A DNA stretch of 44,968 nt. It comes from a bacterium (GTDB taxonomy: Bacteria > Zhuqueibacterota > Zhuqueibacteria > Zhuqueibacterales > Zhuqueibacteraceae). The notes beneath the pieces are model-generated. The model ran no database searches and was not told where the DNA came from. It saw only the letters and a list, made by a program, of their open reading frames with translations. The stretch spans positions 1-44,968 of the forward strand of contig JBIOXB010000005.1 of assembly GCA_044869275.1 (NCBI GenBank), given 5' to 3'. Of this stretch, positions 38,747 to 44,968 are shown piece by piece. Made by a program: the position numbers and the translations under genes. Position 1 is the stretch's first letter. Each line of letters begins with the position of its first letter.

Positions 38747-39274
38747 CTAACTCACCCTTCGGGCTTTGCGCGACCGGCAGCGCAGGCAGCCACGCAACCG
38801 TTTGACTTGGTACCAGCACGTGGCGTGATACAACTCATCACAATCCGGCATGCTGCAACGCACCCAGCCCGGCAGCATGATGCGATCTTTCAAACTCAAC
38901 AAACGCGATTGCACGATCGGAATAAATTGAAAAAGCACGGCCGCGAGCGCGAAGGTCACTTCCAAAAAAATGTAACGCAGCCAGTAACTTTTGTTTTGCA
39001 GCACGCGCAGCCAGTAGCCTCTGCGCCGGAAATAGGGATCCTCGTCGATGGCATGCTTGCAGTACGGGCAAATTTTTTGGTCGCGCGCGCGCCGGACGTA
39101 TCGCGGCAGCCGGGGATGCGCCCCAAAAATCTCCCAGGGCAAATGTCCTGAGCGCTCGGGTTCGTGCGCGCCTGCGGCCGAAGCAGCGGCAGGTGACAGT
39201 CTCGTTGCGGTTGTTGACCCCATGCGGCCTACTTCAACCCTATCTACAAAACTCATGAAGAGCTGTCGGTTCAT
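38747..39274 (-). CDS. RING-like Zn-finger protein with internal hydrophobic segment (candidate E3)
   Basis: CPYC...[hydrophobic insert]...VRCSMPDCDELYHATCW.......GCLRC gives a C4HC3 ligand set like prokaryotic RING family 1; start uncertain. Confidence 0.68.
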   Translation of the reverse strand: MNRQLFMSFVDRVEVGRMGSTTATRLSPAAASAAGAHEPERSGHLPWEIFGAHPRLPRYVRRARDQKICPYCKHAIDEDPYFRRRGYWLRVLQNKSYWLRYIFLEVTFALAAVLFQFIPIVQSRLLSLKDRIMLPGWVRCSMPDCDELYHATCWYQVKRLRGCLRCRSRKARRVS

Positions 39275-39362
39275 TTTTCGTCAGGCTTACCCGACAAACG
39301 CTTGATTCGTCTCAGTATATAGCTGCATTCCGGCCCGGTTGCGGGTGGTGCCGCGTTTTCTG

Positions 39363-39393
39363 GTGATTTTATCACTGCGTCGAGCAATGGCAA
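39363..39393 (-). promoter_or_regulatory. Putative promoter of the ubiquitination operon with a palindrome over the -10
   Basis: TTGCCA-N16-TAAAAT with extended TGn; GTGAT-N3-ATCAC palindrome at 39363-39375. Confidence 0.35.
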
Positions 39394-39505
39394 GGTCGTG
39401 TAATCGCCATATTGAGTCATAATTACCGACTATGGAGCGATTACGCAGGGCAATATGAAGGAATTTTTGCGGGGAGATAAGCGCAAGTTTACAAAATCTT
39501 CATAA

Positions 39506-42370
39506 TCAAAAATAGTGCTCTTTGCACAATTTGATGCCACACATTTTCGCCCACAAGCCCAAGGGCTCTCCGCAAACCAAGCATGTTCCCTTGGGATGCT
39601 GCTTGCGGCGGCTGGAAGTCGAGCGGCTCTCGGTGGAAAAAGTGCGCGCCGTGGTGGTCGTGCGCCCGGTCTTGCGCGTACGCGTGGTGCCGTTGGCAGT
39701 GCGTGGCTCGGTCTCGGTCTCGGGCAGGGAAAGCGGCGCGGTTTCACGCAAACGCGTGGAGCGGCGCGTGGCCGCGTGTAATTCACGCGCGGATTCGGCC
39801 GGCGGAGGCGTTTGAAACCTCTGTTGCGGTGGCGATGCGCCTTCAAGAGTTTGATCTGCGGCAGCCGCCAGAGGCGAAGCAAAATCGGCGGATCGAGTTT
39901 CCGGCGCTGGTTTTGGTGCAGGTGCGGGACCGTGTGCTGCCGTTGCCGTAAAATGTTCCGCACGCGTGCCCTTCGCAGCTGCAACGCGGGTTGAGGCGCG
40001 CGGGCCAAAGCCCTTTTCGGGAGCTGGCGGCTCGGCTTCCACTCTGGTTTGAGTGCGCGATGAAGGCACGCCAGTGGCTTCGGTGACCCATCCCGCTTTG
40101 CGCTGCGGCTTCGCGGTTGCGGGTGGCTGGCTTTTCTGCTGCAGCTGTTCATAAGCCTCACGCGTCATCACCATGCGCCCCCAAAACCGCAAGCTGCCGG
40201 TTTCATCGCCGGTCACCAAGGCCGTGCCGTCGGGATTGAAAGCGCTGCAGGTGAGATTGCCGGCGATGACGTGCATCAACTTGCCGTCCTGCACGTTCCA
40301 CAATTTCACGCTGCGATCTTGAAAATCATTGGCTGCCAGCACCGTGCCGTCCGGGCTGAAGCGCAGGGAAGTGACGCCGCTGGAAAATGGTTTCAACTCA
40401 TGCACCATTTTCCCTTGCGCGATGTCCCACAATTGCACGGCAATGCCGTGATTGATCGTGGCCAGAGCTTTTTGATCCGGGCTGAGCGTCAACCAGCTCA
40501 CGCTGCCCGAACGTTCCGGCAAGGCATGAGCCAGACGGCCGCTGAGGGTTTCATAGAAGCGCACGCTGCCGTCATTCGCGCCGGTGATGAGCAGGCGATC
40601 GTCCGCGCTGAAAGCCACGCAATTGGCCAGGCCCGAGCAGCCAAAAAACGTGTGCAGGATCGCTCCTCGGGTCAAGTCCCACAAAATCGCGGAATTGTCG
40701 GGGCTGCCCGTGGCGAGCAGCCGCCCGTCGTGGCTGAAGACGACGGTATCCACGCTGCTTTTGTGCGCGGTGAAAGTTTGAATCAGCGTACCGTCGTGAG
40801 TGTCCCACAAAGTGGTTTGCCGGTTGTAGCCGCCAATGGCGAGAATGGTGTCGTCGGGGCTGAAGCACAAACATTGCACGGTGTTGCCCGGATCCATCAA
40901 GGTGGTGTAGCAGCGGCCGTGTTTCACGTCCCACAGCTTGACGCCGCCGCGCTTATCGACGCTCGCCAAAATCTGGCTGTCGTGGCTGAACGCCAGCTCG
41001 ACGATGGTGTCTTCGTGCTCTTTGAGCGTGAACAGCAATTGATTGGTGCTCAAATTCCACAAACGCACGGTGTGATCCGCGCCGCCGCTGGCCAGGATGG
41101 CTTCGTCCGGGCTGAAGGCCAGAGCGCTCACACGGCCCAGATGCGCGGACAAGGCGTGCAGCGCAAATTTGTGCACCAGCAACGAATGAAAAATCTGCTC
41201 GGCCTGATGCAGCAACTGCATGGCGTCGCGATTGTCGAAATAGGTGTTGCGCTCGAGGCATTGCTTCGCCTCCACCAGCAATTGGTTGATCTGCGAAGCG
41301 GAGACTTTGGCGTCGTTGGTCGAGTAGATCCACTCCGAGAGCAATCGTTCAACGTGACGCACTCTCTGCTGCACATCCCCGCCGCTTTCGGTGCGCATGC
41401 GCACGAAGAGGTCGTTGATCTCATGGCGCACAAAGCGGAAATCACGGTCGCCGTCGGCCTTGATGCAATAATTCTCATCCAGCGCCACGGCCTGCTCCAG
41501 GCTCTGTGCCGCCGCGTGGCCGTCGCCCAGCAGGGCGGCGTATTTCGCATGATGGTAATGGCTCTCCGAAAGCTGCGGGCTGGCATCGCGCGCCTGTTGC
41601 GCCAAATCCCGGGAGTGGCGCAACAGCCGGGAGGCTTCGTCCTTGTTCCCGTTCAATTGATGATCGTTGGCGAGCGCATAATTCGCGATCGAGGCATGCA
41701 GCAAGGCTTCGCCCAGAAAACGATTCGCGTCGGGCAGGCGCGGCACTTCGGCTTTGGCATAGCGCGCCGCCGCCATCAGATGCTGCTCGGCTTTGCCCAG
41801 ATTCACCACGTTGCAATCCTGGGTGACGCCGTACAAATACAGTTTGCCGATCATGAGCTGGGTCATGAAATTGGCGTCATCGCGCTTGGCGGCTTCCAGA
41901 AACGCCTCCAATGCCTTGTCCGGCAGGCCCTTTTGCAGGCGGTCGCAGGCAATTTGATAAAACTCGCGTGCCTGCGTCATGGTCGGGCTTTGCAATGTGG
42001 CATGCACGGCTTCCATCTGCTGCAGCATGCCCATCATCGCCTGGCTCTGCAGCTGCAACTGCTCGATCATCAAGGCGATGTTGTACTCGAACGTCGAGCG
42101 CAACGATTCGATGGCGGTGGTCGTTTCGTTGATCGCTTCCGTCACGTCCGACAAGCCGCGGTCCAGCGTGCCGTTCATGGCGTCGAAGCCGGAGCCAAAC
42201 TTCTTGGTCATGGCTTCGCGGCTGGCGATGATCTCGCGTGTCTGCGCGGTGATGGCAATGTGCTGCTTTTGGCTGCCGCGGCGAATCTGGCCCTGGATAT
42301 CCTTGACAAAGGAGGAAGCTTGCAGATATTGCTGCCAGTTCAGTTTCGAGCCCAAATAAAAAGTTGCCAT
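39506..42370 (-). CDS. Coiled-coil + TPR-like + WD40 (8 repeats) + low-complexity linker + C-terminal Zn-ribbon protein
   Basis: Eight ..H...V..LAFSPD...LA.G..D..V.LWD-type repeats; helical TPR-like region; C-terminal CLVC...C.EH. Confidence 0.88.
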   Translation of the reverse strand: MATFYLGSKLNWQQYLQASSFVKDIQGQIRRGSQKQHIAITAQTREIIASREAMTKKFGSGFDAMNGTLDRGLSDVTEAINETTTAIESLRSTFEYNIALMIEQLQLQSQAMMGMLQQMEAVHATLQSPTMTQAREFYQIACDRLQKGLPDKALEAFLEAAKRDDANFMTQLMIGKLYLYGVTQDCNVVNLGKAEQHLMAAARYAKAEVPRLPDANRFLGEALLHASIANYALANDHQLNGNKDEASRLLRHSRDLAQQARDASPQLSESHYHHAKYAALLGDGHAAAQSLEQAVALDENYCIKADGDRDFRFVRHEINDLFVRMRTESGGDVQQRVRHVERLLSEWIYSTNDAKVSASQINQLLVEAKQCLERNTYFDNRDAMQLLHQAEQIFHSLLVHKFALHALSAHLGRVSALAFSPDEAILASGGADHTVRLWNLSTNQLLFTLKEHEDTIVELAFSHDSQILASVDKRGGVKLWDVKHGRCYTTLMDPGNTVQCLCFSPDDTILAIGGYNRQTTLWDTHDGTLIQTFTAHKSSVDTVVFSHDGRLLATGSPDNSAILWDLTRGAILHTFFGCSGLANCVAFSADDRLLITGANDGSVRFYETLSGRLAHALPERSGSVSWLTLSPDQKALATINHGIAVQLWDIAQGKMVHELKPFSSGVTSLRFSPDGTVLAANDFQDRSVKLWNVQDGKLMHVIAGNLTCSAFNPDGTALVTGDETGSLRFWGRMVMTREAYEQLQQKSQPPATAKPQRKAGWVTEATGVPSSRTQTRVEAEPPAPEKGFGPRASTRVAAAKGTRAEHFTATAAHGPAPAPKPAPETRSADFASPLAAAADQTLEGASPPQQRFQTPPPAESARELHAATRRSTRLRETAPLSLPETETEPRTANGTTRTRKTGRTTTTARTFSTESRSTSSRRKQHPKGTCLVCGEPLGLWAKMCGIKLCKEHYF

Positions 42371-42536
42371 GATCTATCCTCGTTTCGCAATCATCCTGAA
42401 GCTAGCCAGGTCAGCGGAGCCCTCCGAAGAGGGCCCCGGCATGACTTGGTAGTGGAGGAGGAGGTTCAAATCCTCACGCGTTTTCGCGGCCCATGCGCTG
42501 AAATTCCTTGCAAATCTTTTGCCATGAAGCCAAAAG

Positions 42537-43748
42537 CTACCGGTTTTTTTGTGAGGTCGAGCGCGGGCGGCGCGCCGCACCGGAGGGCGAGCCGCTGGAG
42601 GATCCCCGCTGCAAGCGCTTCATTTCGCGCTTCTGGCCATCCAAATATTCCCGCATGTCGATGCGCGTGTTGCGGCGATCCAACAGCGGATCCACGACCC
42701 GGGCACCCAACAAAATGACCAGCTCGCGCTTGTTGTTCAACACTGATTCATAGCCGAACACATAGCGCAGGCCGAAAAACCAGGGCGGCAAGTCCTTCAA
42801 GAACGGAATGCCCCGGCGCACGTTTTGTTGGGAGGTGCTGATCAGGCCCGCCATCGCGGTTTCTTCGCCGTCCAGCAGCAGGACCTTGGTCGAGCTTTCG
42901 GTAATGTTCTTGGAAGTGTTGGTAGAAGCCAGGGTCACGTCGCTGCGCTCCGCTTTGACTTCCATGTGAATGAAGGTCGAGTCGTTGCGTCCCACGACGG
43001 TGGGAACGACCGACAAAATAATGCCGGCCTCATATTCACTGAAGCGCAGATTGCCGGCGAAATCGACGGTGGTCAAATAAAAATTCGTGCCGACTTTGAT
43101 CTTGCCAGGCTGGCCGCTCATCACGCGAATTTGCGGCCGCGCCAGCACTTCGCCTTTGCTGGAGCTTTCAAACGCGCGCAGCAGCGCATTGACGCTGACG
43201 CGGCGGAAAGCCTGGTTGTAGGAAGCGCGAAAGAAATTGTTGGTGACGTTCGACGCCCCAAAGGATTGAACTTGCACCGTGCCGTTGTTGAAAGTGCTCC
43301 AATCGATCCCGATTTCGCGCATGGTTTGGTAATCCGCCTGAAAAAAGACCGCGCTGATCTCGACTTCCGGCGTGCTAATGCTATAGGGCGCCTTGACTTC
43401 CGGCTCTTCTTTCTGCGGCACTAAATCCTCAATGGCATAGTAGCGGTCGCGCGCCGCGTATTTCAACATGTTCGAGCGCAGCACATATTCGAACGCGCGC
43501 TTCCAATACATGTTTTCCACCGACACGCCGATGGGCCGGGTGCGCACTTTGGAATCGATGATGATGCGATTGTCGAATCTCTGTGAAAAGTTGTTCAGAA
43601 TGTCGACCACGGTATTGAACGGCGTGTTCGGATTGAATGACACCAATTCGTCCGGCCGGTAACTCCGCGGCGGAAACTCCTCCTGTTGTGCTCGCAACGT
43701 CCCAACACAGCAGCTCATCAGAAGCCAGATCCAAAGAAGTTTTCTCAT
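42537..43748 (-). CDS. Short secretin-family protein (PilQ/GspD-like)
   Basis: Signal peptide, VEISAVF....REIGIDWS, VLARPQI....G....I.VG, GIILSV.P, T.VLL.DGE....GL, GIPFLKDLP, RELVILL.ARVV. Confidence 0.85.
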   Translation of the reverse strand: MRKLLWIWLLMSCCVGTLRAQQEEFPPRSYRPDELVSFNPNTPFNTVVDILNNFSQRFDNRIIIDSKVRTRPIGVSVENMYWKRAFEYVLRSNMLKYAARDRYYAIEDLVPQKEEPEVKAPYSISTPEVEISAVFFQADYQTMREIGIDWSTFNNGTVQVQSFGASNVTNNFFRASYNQAFRRVSVNALLRAFESSSKGEVLARPQIRVMSGQPGKIKVGTNFYLTTVDFAGNLRFSEYEAGIILSVVPTVVGRNDSTFIHMEVKAERSDVTLASTNTSKNITESSTKVLLLDGEETAMAGLISTSQQNVRRGIPFLKDLPPWFFGLRYVFGYESVLNNKRELVILLGARVVDPLLDRRNTRIDMREYLDGQKREMKRLQRGSSSGSPSGAARRPRSTSQKNR

Positions 43749-43769
43749 GCTGCCTGTTTTCTTTTCAAG

Positions 43770-44672
43770 TTAGTTGTACTCGATTTTGAGCTGCACCACG
43801 CGCGATCCGTTTTCGCCCTCGAGCGTGAATTCCACCGCATTGGCTTGGGGATCGATCCGTGTCAGGCGCCCGCGCCGCACTTGCTGGCCCACGCGCATGG
43901 GCACAACCTTGCCGTCGCGCGCGCGCACATACGCCGTCCCTCCTGCCAGCGACAGCAGCGTCGCCGTTTCTACATCCACCAAACCGGGCGGCTCCGGCGG
44001 CTTGACCGGCTTGGCAGGCACCGCCACCGGTATTTTGGTCTCGACCACCACCGGCCGCAGGCTGCTGAAAGCGTCATACTCGAACTCCGTCGCCCAATTC
44101 AACGTCGATGCCGCCATGGTCAGCTCGCTGTTCACTTCCCAGTCCTTGTTCATGGAATAACCTTGAAACATGATGGTGAAGTTGAGCAATTTCGGATCGT
44201 TCGGGTTGCGGCGGTAATTCACACTTTTGATTTGGTACAGCAGCGGGCTGCGCGTCATGTACCAAACCAGAGCGCACACATTGTAATAGTCGCCTTCACC
44301 GCTCAGCGTGTAGGAGAAGGCGGTGTATTCTTTTCTCGCTTTTTTCTCGTTCAAAAAGAAATCGAAACCGAGGTCCAGGTTGTGTTGATTGATCAGCCAA
44401 TTGATGTAAGACAGCGAAAATGCGGGCTCCTCCGCGTTCAGCAGTTTTTTCGGCGCCTGCTGCCACAGGAGCCGCAGCGAATCCCGTTCGTTCGTGACGC
44501 TCACCAGCGTCTCCGCCACCTCCAGGGCGCCGCGCAATTGCGTGGTCAAGTTCTTGTTCTTGGCATTCGTCATGGTGAGCTTCTTGGCTTCGTGGCGATA
44601 CCAGAAATATCCCAATCCCGATAGCAGCAAAAGCACGGCGAGAATGGTGAGGCTGTTTCGTTTGGCGTACAT
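43770..44672 (-). CDS. PilO/GspM-like inner-membrane assembly protein
   Basis: N-terminal TM + coiled coil, Y.LSGEGDY....L......P.L..I ferredoxin-like pattern; directly upstream of the secretin gene. Confidence 0.6.
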   Translation of the reverse strand: MYAKRNSLTILAVLLLLSGLGYFWYRHEAKKLTMTNAKNKNLTTQLRGALEVAETLVSVTNERDSLRLLWQQAPKKLLNAEEPAFSLSYINWLINQHNLDLGFDFFLNEKKARKEYTAFSYTLSGEGDYYNVCALVWYMTRSPLLYQIKSVNYRRNPNDPKLLNFTIMFQGYSMNKDWEVNSELTMAASTLNWATEFEYDAFSSLRPVVVETKIPVAVPAKPVKPPEPPGLVDVETATLLSLAGGTAYVRARDGKVVPMRVGQQVRRGRLTRIDPQANAVEFTLEGENGSRVVQLKIEYN

Positions 44673-44713
44673 GCCGGACTCTTTTCTTCAGACAATACTC
44701 ATGGAAATTCGAA

Positions 44714-44968
44714 TAGGATCACTAGATCACCGGATCGCTGCCTCACAGGATCACAGGATCACAGGATCACAGGATCACAGGATCACTGGATCACTGGATC
44801 ACTGGATCACTGGATCACTGGATTACTGGATCACTGGATTACTGGATTACTGGAGTATTGGAGCGCGGGCCTTTAGAGTTTCTTCTGCCCTACCAATCCC
44901 CCAGTCTCCCAATCCCCCAGTCTCCCAGTCTCCCAGTCCCCCAGTCCCCCAGTCTCCCAGTCCCCCAG
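44714..44968. repeat. Opposed 8-mer tandem arrays (CWGGATYA... / TCYCCCAG...)
   Basis: caggatca/ctggatca/ctggatta tandem units (44714-44862), then tcccccag/tctcccag units to the window end. Confidence 0.9.

Noticed and set aside
40271..42718. 815-aa plus-strand ORF
   Set aside because: Antisense shadow of the WD40 gene; no recognisable motifs
44714..44968. Possible CRISPR array
   Set aside because: Contiguous 8-bp units without unique spacers; no cas genes

Overview
Bacterial chromosomal window of mostly moderately GC-rich DNA. An FCB-group-like host is inferred from gene content only. Housekeeping/metabolic genes (NtrC-type regulator, NPP phosphodiesterase, nadC, TrmH, GMC oxidoreductase, sat, cystathionine beta-synthase, flap endonuclease, upp, USP, CSP) surround three notable modules. 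(1) 35.5-42.4 kb: a eukaryote-like ubiquitination operon encoding a RING-like Zn-finger protein with a hydrophobic insert (candidate E3), a ThiF-family E1, a ubiquitin-like protein ending RGG-L, a UBC-fold E2 and a JAMM protease, preceded by a TPR-like/WD40/Zn-ribbon gene. (2) 10.1-21.7 kb: an 11-gene type IV secretion operon (T4CP, VirB2/3/4/5/6/8-like, Bacteroidetes TraN/TraM/TraO-like, PKD lipoprotein) with no relaxase or integrase in view, behind a sigma70-like promoter and a ~330-nt leader with alternative terminator/antiterminator folds. (3) 28.5-30.4 kb: an AT-richer ABC/AAA ATPase + DUF4276-like pair, a candidate defence system. Also present: orphan HepT-like and HicB genes, a MITE/REP element in two copies, a decayed phosphotransferase remnant, a receiver-less OmpR-type regulator, a secretin/PilO-like pair, and recurrent inverted 7-/8-mer intergenic repeat arrays. 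All family assignments come from motif recognition by eye, not database searches.
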